A DNA stretch of 64,000 nt from NCBI GenBank assembly GCA_963829105.1, contig CAWHHF010000019.1, forward strand, positions 8,549-72,548, in the 5' to 3' direction. The number at the start of each line of letters is the position of its first letter. Position 1 is the first letter of the stretch. The stretch comes from an uncultured Chloroflexia bacterium. Its GTDB lineage: Bacteria; Chloroflexota; Limnocylindria; Limnocylindrales; CSP1-4. The translations under genes and the position numbers were made by a program. The notes under the pieces were generated by a model. That model searched no databases and was not told the origin of the DNA. It saw only the letters and a program-made list of their open reading frames with translations. Below, piece after piece: positions 27,044 through 35,548 of the stretch.

Positions 27044-27309
27044 GAGACGCTTCCCCTTGCTCCGCGCGACGTGAACATCCGCGCGACGAAGATGACGACG
27101 ATGGCGCCGAACACGGCGACGATGAGGCTGGTCAGGTTGAAGCCCGTGATGTCAGCGATGCCGAGCAGGGTCCCGGCGATGAAGCCACCGACCACGGCGC
27201 CGACGATCCCGAGGATGACCATCATGACGAGGCCCTCGCCTCCGCCCATGATGAGGTTGGCGATGAACCCGGCGAGCGCGCCCAGCACGATCCAGGCGAT
27301 GATCCCCAT
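27040..27309 (-). CDS. GlsB/YeaQ/YmgE (transglycosylase-associated) family membrane protein
   Basis: MGIIAWIVLGALAGFIANLIMGGGEG...ILGIVGAVVGGFIAG. Confidence 0.85.
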   Translation of the reverse strand: MGIIAWIVLGALAGFIANLIMGGGEGLVMMVILGIVGAVVGGFIAGTLLGIADITGFNLTSLIVAVFGAIVVIFVARMFTSRGARGSVS

Positions 27310-27398
27310 GGGAGCAGTTCCTTTCGTATCGCGCCCGCCAGTGACGGGCTACATTCCGGGCGATCCTGTGCTGCAGTACGCACCCCGAGTCGTGCGAT

Positions 27399-27419
27399 GT
27401 CATGACGGACCGTCATTCC
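27399..27419. promoter_or_regulatory. Palindromic operator-like site, copy a
   Basis: GTCATGACGGACCGTCATTCC, 90 bp upstream of the glsB ATG (27309). Confidence 0.5.
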
Positions 27420-27456
27420 ATCAGGGCCCGCGCGCTGCGAGCGGTGACCGGAAGGC

Positions 27457-27477
27457 GTCATGAAGGGTCGTCATGAC
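27457..27477. promoter_or_regulatory. Palindromic operator-like site, copy b
   Basis: GTCATGAAGGGTCGTCATGAC. Its centre is 58 bp from the centre of copy a. Confidence 0.45.
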
Positions 27478-27788
27478 GCCCGGACACGCCCCGGGCACAC
27501 TCTCGGTCGACCGTGCGAACGGTGATCCCGGCTGCCACCCGGCACGATCCGGAGTCGTCAAGCCGCCCGGCCCGCTGGAGCGTCCCATGTTCCCGATCAG
27601 GCCTATGAGCTACACCGGAGCGGCCGGCTCCGGTAATGCGCCTCCCGCGCACACCGAGGCCTGACCATGACGATGCTGCTATCCGGATTTAGGTTGCTGT
27701 TGCGTGCCCGCCCCTCCTTGCGACTGCGGCGGGGACGGCGCCCGGTGGGCCGCGGCGCGACGGCCGGGCCCGAACAGGCGGCCTCCAA

Positions 27789-28688
27789 GTGACGCGGGCG
27801 CTGGTCATCGGACGCCGCCTGCCGGGGCGCGAGATCGGCAAGGCGGTGCGCGAGGCGCGCAGACAACTGAGGGCTGAGGGCTGGTCGACCGATGGCACCC
27901 TCGTCACGACCAAGGGCCAGCTCCGCCACCGGGCGGCCCGCGCCGTGAAGCGTGGCGTGGACGTGGTCGTGGCCGTCGGGGGCGACGGCACGGTGCTGCA
28001 GGTCGTGCAAGCGCTCGCCGACACGCGGGTCGCGCTCGGGATCGTCCCGATGGGGACGGGCAACCTCCTGGCGGGCAACCTGGACATCCCGAAGGGCGTG
28101 GATGATGCCGCGAAGGTGCTCGTGGGTGGCGGCCGACGCCGGATCGACCTCGGGAGACTATCGGTCGGCGGCAAGCGGACGATGTTCGCAGTTGCTTGCG
28201 GCGTCGGCTTCGACGCGGAGATCATGGAGTCAACGGGGCGGGACGCCAAGGAGCGCCTCGGGAAGCTCGCCTACGTGGCGAGCGCGATCCGGCGGCAGGG
28301 CCAGGTCCACGACGTCACGCACGAGGTCACCCTCGACGGCGTCCACCAGTCGATGGAGGCGGCCCAGGTCCTGATCGCGAACTTCGGCGGGATGGGGGCC
28401 GGGATCAGGGCGCGCCTGGAGGTCCACCCCGACGACGGGCTCCTTGACGTGTTGGTGATCCGCGCGTCGGGTCCGCTGGGAGGCCTGCTCGCGGGCTGGG
28501 AGGCCCTCCGGCAGGACGAGCCCGGGGAGAGCCCCGAAGGGCATGTCTTCCGGACCCGGGCCCGGAAGGTCCGGGTCTCGACTACGTCACGCCGGCTCGT
28601 CGAGACCGATGGGAGCGTTGCCGGCAGGACACCCATCAGGGTCTCCGTGCGGCCCGCTGCGCTCACCGTGATCGTTCCGGCGACATGA
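27789..28688 (+). CDS. Diacylglycerol/lipid kinase family protein (YegS-like)
   Basis: VVVAVGGDGTVLQVV, GIVPMGTGNLLAGNL. 299 aa. GTG start. Confidence 0.85.
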   Translation: MTRALVIGRRLPGREIGKAVREARRQLRAEGWSTDGTLVTTKGQLRHRAARAVKRGVDVVVAVGGDGTVLQVVQALADTRVALGIVPMGTGNLLAGNLDIPKGVDDAAKVLVGGGRRRIDLGRLSVGGKRTMFAVACGVGFDAEIMESTGRDAKERLGKLAYVASAIRRQGQVHDVTHEVTLDGVHQSMEAAQVLIANFGGMGAGIRARLEVHPDDGLLDVLVIRASGPLGGLLAGWEALRQDEPGESPEGHVFRTRARKVRVSTTSRRLVETDGSVAGRTPIRVSVRPAALTVIVPAT

Positions 28689-28857
28689 TCCGAGGAGCAT
28701 TGCCAAGCTCGTGCGCGTACCCGGCCCCGGGGAGGGATCGGGTCGCACCTCTCGTTGCCATCAACCGATCTGGAGGCGGCGACCAGGGAGTCCGGCGACA
28801 TGTTGTAGGCGACCAAGACGTAGAGCCCGGTCAGCGTCCACGCAAGGGTGGCAGAGG

Positions 28858-29949
28858 ATGAACGCCGCCGGCCCGGTGCCGGTGTCCGCTGGCGCTCATG
28901 CCGTCGAGGCGGCCGCGGAGCTGAGCGCCGCAGGGCGGCGGTTCGGGAACGTCATCGCACTCGACGACATCAGCCTCGCAGTCGCCCCGGGCTCGCTTGT
29001 CGGGATCATCGGACCGAGCGGAGCCGGCAAGACGACGACGGTCCGCCTGCTCACGGGCGGCCTCCGCCCGACGAGCGGAACGGTCCGGGTCCTGGGCGAG
29101 GACCCGACGCGACTCCGGGCCGCTACCCGTGAGCGGATCGGCTTCATGCCCCAGAACGTGTCGCTCTACGACGACCTCACGGTGGCGGAGAACCTCGACT
29201 TCATGGGGAGCCTGTTCGGCATGTTCCTCCCCCGGCGCCGACGGCGGATCAAGGCGATCCTGGCCTGGCTCGAGCTGGAGGATGCGCGCTCGCGGCGGGC
29301 CGTGCACCTGTCCGGGGGGATGCGCCGCCGTCTCCAGCTCGGCTGCGCGCTCATCCACGATCCGCAGCTGGTCTTCCTCGACGAGCCGACCGGTGGGATC
29401 GATCCGATCGTCCGCCACGCGATCTGGACCGAGCTCCGCCGGCTTCGCGATGCCGGTCGGACGCTCATCGTGACCACCCAGATCGTCACCGAAGCCGAGG
29501 AATGCGACACGGTCGCGCTCATCACCCAGGGCAGGCTGATCGCTCACGCCGCGCCCGAGGAGCTGCGGCGCGAGGCGTTCGGCGGCGAGCTGCTCGAGGT
29601 CGAGACCTCGGGCTTGGTCGACGCGGAGCGACTGGGGCGGCCCCCGGGGATCGACGACGTCCGCCAGGTCACTCCGCGCCGGCTCGTGTTCGTTGCCCGG
29701 GACGCGGCCAGCGCCACCCCCGCCGTGATCTCCGCCGTGGAGACGACCGGGGTCTCGGTGACCTCGATCCAGACGACACGGCCGTCGTTCGACGAAGTCT
29801 TCGTCAGGCTCGTTCAGCGGGCGGGAGGGACGCTCCCCGGCGATGCGGAGGCAGGCGAGGCGAGGGGCTCTGTCCGGGCCGAACCCGGCCCAGGGGCCGG
29901 CCCGCCGCCCGCCGTCGGGGGATCCGGTGTGCCGGCGGAGGTCGCGTGA
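28858..29949 (+). CDS. ABC transporter ATP-binding protein (ABC-2 exporter type)
   Basis: ATG 28858 is in frame within ORF 28711..29949. GPSGAGKTT, LSGGMRRR, VFLDEPTGGID. Confidence 0.9.
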   Translation: MNAAGPVPVSAGAHAVEAAAELSAAGRRFGNVIALDDISLAVAPGSLVGIIGPSGAGKTTTVRLLTGGLRPTSGTVRVLGEDPTRLRAATRERIGFMPQNVSLYDDLTVAENLDFMGSLFGMFLPRRRRRIKAILAWLELEDARSRRAVHLSGGMRRRLQLGCALIHDPQLVFLDEPTGGIDPIVRHAIWTELRRLRDAGRTLIVTTQIVTEAEECDTVALITQGRLIAHAAPEELRREAFGGELLEVETSGLVDAERLGRPPGIDDVRQVTPRRLVFVARDAASATPAVISAVETTGVSVTSIQTTRPSFDEVFVRLVQRAGGTLPGDAEAGEARGSVRAEPGPGAGPPPAVGGSGVPAEVA

Positions 29950-31133
29950 TGCGGCTCTTCAAGCTCCTGCTGCGGGTCTTCGCGGTCATGGGCAAGGAGG
30001 TCGTCGAGGTGCTCCGGCGGCCGCGGGCTCTCGTCAGCATCGTCGCCGGACCTGTCCTCATCCTGGGCCTGTTCGGCCTCGGCTACGTGGGCCAGCCGCC
30101 CCTGCGCGCCGAGCTCGTGATCCCGACCGGGATCGGGCTCCCGACCGATCCAGCGAGCTTCGCGTCCATCGCCGGTGACCGGATCTCGATCGCCGGGATC
30201 ACGCAGGACCCCGCCGAGGGACGTGACGTCTTGCGACGCCACGCTGCCGACCTGCTCGTCATCGTGCCGCCGGACGCGAAGGACCGGCTGGCCAAGGGTG
30301 AGCAGACCGTCCTCGACGTCGAGTACAACACGGTGAGCCCGTACCGGGCCTTCGTGGCGAGGGCGGCCGCAGACGCGATCGTCGCCGGCGTGAACAGGCA
30401 GATCATCCAGACGGCGGCGAAGGAGGCGGCCGACCGGGCGGCAGCCGCCGGCCAGCCGGTCACCGTCGCACCCGAGGTCGTCGCCGCCCCGACGCGGGCA
30501 GAGGTCGTGAATCTCGCGCCCAGCGAACCCGACGTCGTTGCCTTCTACGGGATCATGGTCCTGGCCCTGATCGTCCAGCACACCGTCATCACCGTCAGCT
30601 CCCTGTCCATGCTCCACGACCGACGCCGAGGCATGCTCGACCTGTTCCGGATCTCCCCGATCGGGAGCGGCGAGATCCTGGCCGGCAAGTACGCCGCGTT
30701 CACGCTGCTGGGGACGGTGGTGGCCCTGGCCGTCCTGGCCATCCTCGTGTTCGCCTTTGGAGTGCCGTTCCTGGGCGGGCCGGGCGTCGTCCTCGGCTGC
30801 CTCGCGCTCCTCGTCGTCGCCTCGATCGGGATCGGCACGGTCGTGGCGCTCCTCTCCGACACCGACCGCCAGGCCATCCAGGTCTCGCTGCTCATTCTCC
30901 TCGCGTCGGTGTTCTTCAGCGGGCTCGCCATCGACCTGGACCAGTTCTCCGCTCCCGTCAGGATGATCGGCCAGCTGCTCCCGGTCACCCAGGCCGGAAC
31001 GCTACTCCAGGACCTGCTGCTGCGGGGCTCGGCGTCCGACGCGTGGCGCATGGCAGTGCTCGCGACGATGGCAGGCGGGCTGTTTGCCGTCGGCTGGCTG
31101 ATCCTTCGCCGCCAGATGGTCCGTCCCGCCTGA
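29949..31133 (+). CDS. ABC-2 family permease
   Basis: The ATG overlaps the ATPase stop. N-terminal TM, large external loop, and five C-terminal TMs. Confidence 0.8.
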   Translation: MRLFKLLLRVFAVMGKEVVEVLRRPRALVSIVAGPVLILGLFGLGYVGQPPLRAELVIPTGIGLPTDPASFASIAGDRISIAGITQDPAEGRDVLRRHAADLLVIVPPDAKDRLAKGEQTVLDVEYNTVSPYRAFVARAAADAIVAGVNRQIIQTAAKEAADRAAAAGQPVTVAPEVVAAPTRAEVVNLAPSEPDVVAFYGIMVLALIVQHTVITVSSLSMLHDRRRGMLDLFRISPIGSGEILAGKYAAFTLLGTVVALAVLAILVFAFGVPFLGGPGVVLGCLALLVVASIGIGTVVALLSDTDRQAIQVSLLILLASVFFSGLAIDLDQFSAPVRMIGQLLPVTQAGTLLQDLLLRGSASDAWRMAVLATMAGGLFAVGWLILRRQMVRPA

Positions 31134-31422
31134 TCGGCGGATACGTCCGGACGGCCTCGAAGGCCGTGCGACTGGCGTCGCCGAGACGGCAGCGGCGTCT
31201 GGGCCATGACGATCGGTCACCGAGGTCTGAGGCGTGCTGCCGGGCGATCCTCGTCCGCATGAGGCCAGGTCGCGGCGCAGGGCCCCGGTCGCAGGGTCCC
31301 AGCGATCGGCCGCAGCCGGCCTCTGGGAGGCCTTCGCCGCGTGGGTTTGCGATGATCCGGGCTCAACGCTGCACCAGCGGGCGACCCAGCCCCAGCCGGT
31401 GAACGACCTGGAGTCTGATGCG

Positions 31423-31944
31423 ATGTGGGAGCTTGGCGTCAATCCCCTGGAACTGGTCGCGCGGACCGCGATCATCTACGTGCTCTTCTTCGGTGCCCTG
31501 CGCCTCTCCGGAAAACGCGAGATCGGCCAGTTCACCCTGTTCGATCTCGCGCTCGTGCTGCTTGTCGCCAACGCGCTCCAGCCGGCCATGACCGGAGCGG
31601 ACCAGTCGGTCCTGGGTGGTGCGATCATCCTGGCCACGATCTTCATCCTCAATCGCCTCGTCTCGGAGGCTCGCGTCCGGATCCCCTTCGTCCGGAGGAT
31701 CCTCGAGTTCAAGCCGACGACGATCGGGCGAGATGGGAAGTGGCTCAAGAAGGAATTTGCCCGCCAGGGCATCGATCTCGGGGATGCCGACGCGGCCCTC
31801 CGGCAGCACGGTCTCGAGCGCGTCGAGCAGATGAAGCTGGCCACCCTCGAGGAGGACGGGTCGATCAGCATCGTCGCCGCGGACGATGGCGCGTCGGTCG
31901 AGGTCCATCGGCGAAACCGCCGCTACCGTCGGTCCCGGCTGTAG
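31423..31944 (+). CDS. DUF421 (YetF-like) membrane protein
   Basis: LVARTAIIYVLFFGALRLSGKREIGQFTLFDLALVLLVANA..., then a soluble C-terminal domain. Confidence 0.75.
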   Translation: MWELGVNPLELVARTAIIYVLFFGALRLSGKREIGQFTLFDLALVLLVANALQPAMTGADQSVLGGAIILATIFILNRLVSEARVRIPFVRRILEFKPTTIGRDGKWLKKEFARQGIDLGDADAALRQHGLERVEQMKLATLEEDGSISIVAADDGASVEVHRRNRRYRRSRL

Positions 31945-32017
31945 GCGCGCCGGCATGGTCCTCGGCCACGCGGAGGCAGGCGGAGTCCGGCGCAACGGCC
32001 CCGATCGCGGCCACGTG

Positions 32018-32038
32018 ACGATGACGGACCGTCATGAC
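32018..32038. promoter_or_regulatory. Palindromic operator-like site, copy c
   Basis: ACGATGACGGACCGTCATGAC, about 92-109 bp upstream of the mini-ORF/small-peptide pair. Confidence 0.5.
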
Positions 32039-32146
32039 GCCCCGGTTGCGGGATCGCAGACTCGCATCGCGCCGACGGCGTCATCAGCCGTCCTCCGAGT
32101 CTGACGACCGGTGGCGCAAGGAGCACTCCATGACCGGGAGATCGAG

Positions 32147-32230
32147 ATGAGAAGCGGTGGCGTTGGGATCGGCGGCGTGATCGTGATCGTGGTGGTGATC
32201 CTCATCCTGGTCGGCGTCATCAGGCTGTGA
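32147..32230 (+). CDS. 27-aa hydrophobic peptide, coupled to a 6-codon mini-ORF (32130-32150)
   Basis: AAGGAG-N6-ATG ACC GGG AGA TCG AGA TGA. That TGA overlaps ATG 32147 (ATGA), which encodes MRSGGVGIGGVIVIVVVILILVGVIRL. The peptide is below the ORF-track size cut-off. Confidence 0.3.
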   Translation: MRSGGVGIGGVIVIVVVILILVGVIRL

Positions 32231-32374
32231 GCCCGGGACGCGAGCCCGCGCCGCCCCGTCGGTGACCGCGCTCGCTCGTCGCGCTCACGGCGTCGGCGCG
32301 CCCAAGCCCCGCGGCCAGCTCCGCGCCACCACCGGATCGGAGGCGTCGATGCCGCTCGACGCGCGCGGCGCGCC

Positions 32375-34483
32375 ATGACACTCGAAGACGACAGCGCGGC
32401 CGAGCCGGCTGCCCGCGGCCGGCTCGCGTTCTACCGCCTGCAGGTCCGCCTGATGTGGGACTGGCGACCGACGCGCCTCGCGATCGTGCGACGCGCGGTC
32501 CTGTCCTACCTGGGAGCCTGCCTGGCCCTCGCCATCACGGCCGGGGTGATCCCCGACATGTACATCGACGGGCTGGCGTCGCTGGCGCTGGCCGGATTGT
32601 TCCTGGTGGCCCTGGACAGCTCGGTTGCCGTCGTCCTCCACGGGCTGCTGGTGCGACTGCCGATCTTCGTCGCCCAGGTCCTTGGCGTGGCAGCCCAGGC
32701 CGCGGCCATTCTCGTCCTCGGGCGGGTGCTGCCTGGGGTCCACGTGGGTGATACCGCTGCGGCCGTCTGGGGCGCGGTGCTCCTGACGGTCCTCAACAGC
32801 CTGTTCGCGGAGCTCGTGGCGGTGAGCGACGACGACTCGTACTACTCCGTCCTCGTGCGCCGGCTCGTGGCCAGGGAGTACGGACGGCCGAAGGACCCGG
32901 TCCCGGGGCTGCTCGTCGTTCAGGTCGATGGCCTCAGCCTCCCGGTGCTGCGCGAGGCGATCCGGGCCGGCCGGGCGCCCGTGCTCGGCCGGCTCGTGCG
33001 CAGCAGCGAGGCGGTGCTCCACCCGTGGATCGCCATGCTGCCGCCCACCACGCCGGCCAGCCAGGGTGGGATCCTGCACGGCAACAACGACGGCATCGCC
33101 GGCTTCCGCTGGTTCGAGAAGGCGAGTGCCAGGCTGCTGGTGGCCAACCATCCCGAGGATGCGGCCGAGATCGTCCGTCGCATCAGCGATGGCAACGGCC
33201 TCCTGGCGGACGACGGCGCCGGCATCGGCAACCTCGTGACCGGCGACGCGCCCCGCAGCTACCTGACCATGGCCACGATCGAGGAGCCTGCGCCGGCCTC
33301 CGACGATCGGCGCATGCGCGGCTTCTTCGTCACGACCGTCAACTACATCCGCCTCCTGGTGCTGATGGGCGGCGAAGTGGCCAAGGAGCTCTACCAGGCC
33401 GAGCGCCAACGGGCCCGGTCGGTCGAGCCGCGGATGCACCGCGACCTGCATTTCGCGGTCGAGCGCGCCGCGACGAACGTCGCCCTGCGAACGGTGTCCA
33501 CGGCCCTGGTCATCGAGGAGATGTACGGGGGGGCTCCCACGATCTACGTGGACTACACCGGCTACGACGCCATCTCGCACCACTGCGGCCCGGAGCGCGC
33601 GGAGGCGATCGACGCGCTCGATGGCATCGACCGGGCCCTCGGGTCGCTGCTCAAGGCCGCCCAATACACCGGCCGGCCGTACCGGATGGTCGTGCTGTCC
33701 GATCACGGCCAGTGCCTGGGCGCCACGTTCGAGCAGCGTTGCGGCGAGACGCTCGAGGCGGTGATCGCGGGACACCTGCCGGACGCGATGACCGTCGCGG
33801 GGACAACCGGCTCGGTCGAGTCGGCCGGCTTCGGCCGGCGGATCGCGGCCGAGTTCGGGCGAGGCTCGGGCATGGGTCCGCTGGTGGCACGCGTGCTGCC
33901 CAGCGCCCTGCGGCGCTCCGGGGCTCGGAGAGGCGGTCCCGAGACGCAGCCCCCGGACGTCGTCGTGGCCTCGTCCGGCAACCTGGCCCACGTCTACTTC
34001 ACGAGCCACCCGGACCGGATGCCCCTGGAGGCGATCGAGGCGCGCCACCCGGGCCTCGTCGAGGCACTGGCGCGGCACCCCGGGATCGGGGCCGTGATCG
34101 CCAGGTCGGCCGCCGGCCACCCGATCGTCTTCGGGGCCAACGGCCGGAGCGACCTCTCGGCGGTCCAGCCCGATGGCGTCGACCCCCTGGTCGACTACGG
34201 TCCCCGGGCGGCGGACAGCGTGCGGCGCCTCGAGGCCTTCCCGAACGCCGGCGACCTCATCCTGCTTGGCGCGATCGACCCGGTCACCGGGGAGGTCACC
34301 GGCTTCGAGGAGCTCGTCGGCTCGCACGGCGGCCTGGGCGGCTGGCAGACCGAGCCGTTCATCCTCTGCCCGGCGACCTTCACCCTCGTGGACGATCCGC
34401 CGATCGGGGCGCCGGCGCTCTATCGCCAGCTGGTGGCGTGGCAGGCGCTGCTGCGGGGACCGACCGATGGGCCGGCGCGATGA
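32375..34483 (+). CDS. Membrane-anchored alkaline-phosphatase-superfamily (phosphodiesterase/pyrophosphatase-like) protein with holin-family-4-like N-terminal TM module
   Basis: Four N-terminal TMs, then VVQVDGLSLPVL..., MLPPTTPASQGGILHGNNDGIAGFRWF, DYTGYDAISHHCGP, VVLSDHGQ. Confidence 0.8.
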   Translation: MTLEDDSAAEPAARGRLAFYRLQVRLMWDWRPTRLAIVRRAVLSYLGACLALAITAGVIPDMYIDGLASLALAGLFLVALDSSVAVVLHGLLVRLPIFVAQVLGVAAQAAAILVLGRVLPGVHVGDTAAAVWGAVLLTVLNSLFAELVAVSDDDSYYSVLVRRLVAREYGRPKDPVPGLLVVQVDGLSLPVLREAIRAGRAPVLGRLVRSSEAVLHPWIAMLPPTTPASQGGILHGNNDGIAGFRWFEKASARLLVANHPEDAAEIVRRISDGNGLLADDGAGIGNLVTGDAPRSYLTMATIEEPAPASDDRRMRGFFVTTVNYIRLLVLMGGEVAKELYQAERQRARSVEPRMHRDLHFAVERAATNVALRTVSTALVIEEMYGGAPTIYVDYTGYDAISHHCGPERAEAIDALDGIDRALGSLLKAAQYTGRPYRMVVLSDHGQCLGATFEQRCGETLEAVIAGHLPDAMTVAGTTGSVESAGFGRRIAAEFGRGSGMGPLVARVLPSALRRSGARRGGPETQPPDVVVASSGNLAHVYFTSHPDRMPLEAIEARHPGLVEALARHPGIGAVIARSAAGHPIVFGANGRSDLSAVQPDGVDPLVDYGPRAADSVRRLEAFPNAGDLILLGAIDPVTGEVTGFEELVGSHGGLGGWQTEPFILCPATFTLVDDPPIGAPALYRQLVAWQALLRGPTDGPAR

Positions 34484-34502
34484 CGGCCCCGGCGACCCCG
34501 AC

Positions 34503-34679
34503 CTAGCGGAGGTGCAGGTCCACGCCCAGAAGGACGAGCGGCCACAGCAGCACGGCAAGGACTGCCGAGAGGATGGGCATCAGGGCATTGAGCGTCACCA
34601 GGTAGTCGTGACTTGACGCGACGACCAAGCCCACGACGAGATAGACGATGCTGATGATTGACGAAATCCCGGATCGCAT
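34503..34679 (-). CDS. Small 2-TM membrane protein (58 aa)
   Basis: MRSGISSIISIVYLVVGLVVASSHDYLVTLNALMPILSAVLAVLLWPLVLLGVDLHLR. AGGAG lies 5 nt upstream. Shortened from ORF 34503..34790. Confidence 0.5.
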   Translation of the reverse strand: MRSGISSIISIVYLVVGLVVASSHDYLVTLNALMPILSAVLAVLLWPLVLLGVDLHLR

Positions 34680-34785
34680 GTGTGCTCCTGAGCAGAGGCC
34701 GCCCCGATAGGTTGAGGCCAGCACGAGGGCCACCTTTGGGCCGACGTGCTGCGCTGCAGTCTCAGTCTGCGCGGTCGGGAGCGAG

Positions 34786-34806
34786 CGCATGACGGTGCGT
34801 CATGAC
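34786..34806. promoter_or_regulatory. Palindromic operator-like site, copy d
   Basis: CGCATGACGGTGCGTCATGAC, 107 bp upstream of ATG 34679. Confidence 0.5.
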
Positions 34807-34993
34807 AAGCGATGGGTTCCGACAGATGGCGCCGTCCTTCGGTTCACCCTCAGGGAGGTCGTGCCGGCGCCGCCTGACCGCCGGAACGGCCCGATCCCGC
34901 GGACCTGTCGACTTCACCCCTTCAGGTGGGGTCCGAGGCCCTGACATGACGCGCCCTTGAGGTGTGCTCCGGATGGGGCTCGCCCCCGGGCGG

Positions 34994-35293
34994 TCAGATG
35001 CCCTCACCGGCGCTTGCGTCGGTCACGGCACGGTGGCTGGAGCCGACCATGCTCGCGGCCAGGACAAGGACCAGCGCGCCGATCACGACCAGCGCGATGG
35101 TCGCGAGGCCGGCGACGGTCCTCGTTCCACCCAGGGCGTCCTGGAGGTCGCCGAGACGCATCTGAGCGAAGCCCTGGACCTGCCTGGACCGTCCGCGACG
35201 TTGCCTTCGCCGATCTCCGATCAGCTTGCCGAATGCTTCCTCCACCTTGCCCTGGGCCTGGCTTACGGTGCCCTTGACGTGCTCATCGGTCAT
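34994..35293 (-). CDS. CsbD-like protein with C-terminal TM segment
   Basis: MTDEHVKGTVSQAQGKVEEAFGKLIGD..., then LATIALVVIGALVLVLAASMV. GAAAGGAAC lies upstream, as it does for glsB. Confidence 0.7.
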   Translation of the reverse strand: MTDEHVKGTVSQAQGKVEEAFGKLIGDRRRQRRGRSRQVQGFAQMRLGDLQDALGGTRTVAGLATIALVVIGALVLVLAASMVGSSHRAVTDASAGEGI

Positions 35294-35431
35294 CTCGGGG
35301 TTCCTTTCACTTGCGTTCTACGGAGCGCCGTCGCGAGGATCATAGGAGGCATGCTGCGAGCCTGCGCCACTGCTCAAGTCGCCTGGCTCCGCCCTGGAGC
35401 TCGCGAAGGCCTCACCTACTGTGTGGCCGCG

Positions 35432-35452
35432 GTTGCTCCCAGTCATGACGGT
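35432..35452. promoter_or_regulatory. Palindromic operator-like site, copy e (one arm degenerate)
   Basis: GTCATGACGGTCCGTAACAAC, 139 bp upstream of ATG 35293 and 97 bp upstream of the MFS GTG at 35549. Confidence 0.4.
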
Positions 35453-35548
35453 CCGTAACAACGTCCGCGGCAGGCCTCGGCCCGGCACCCGCCGAGCGCG
35501 GCGTCCTCCGCCGGACCACGCGGCGCCGGCCCGCCAGGCCGTCGATCG

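Noticed and set aside
32285-34558. 757-aa ORF on the minus strand
   Set aside because: It is antisense to the alkaline-phosphatase-family gene, whose motifs are unambiguous.
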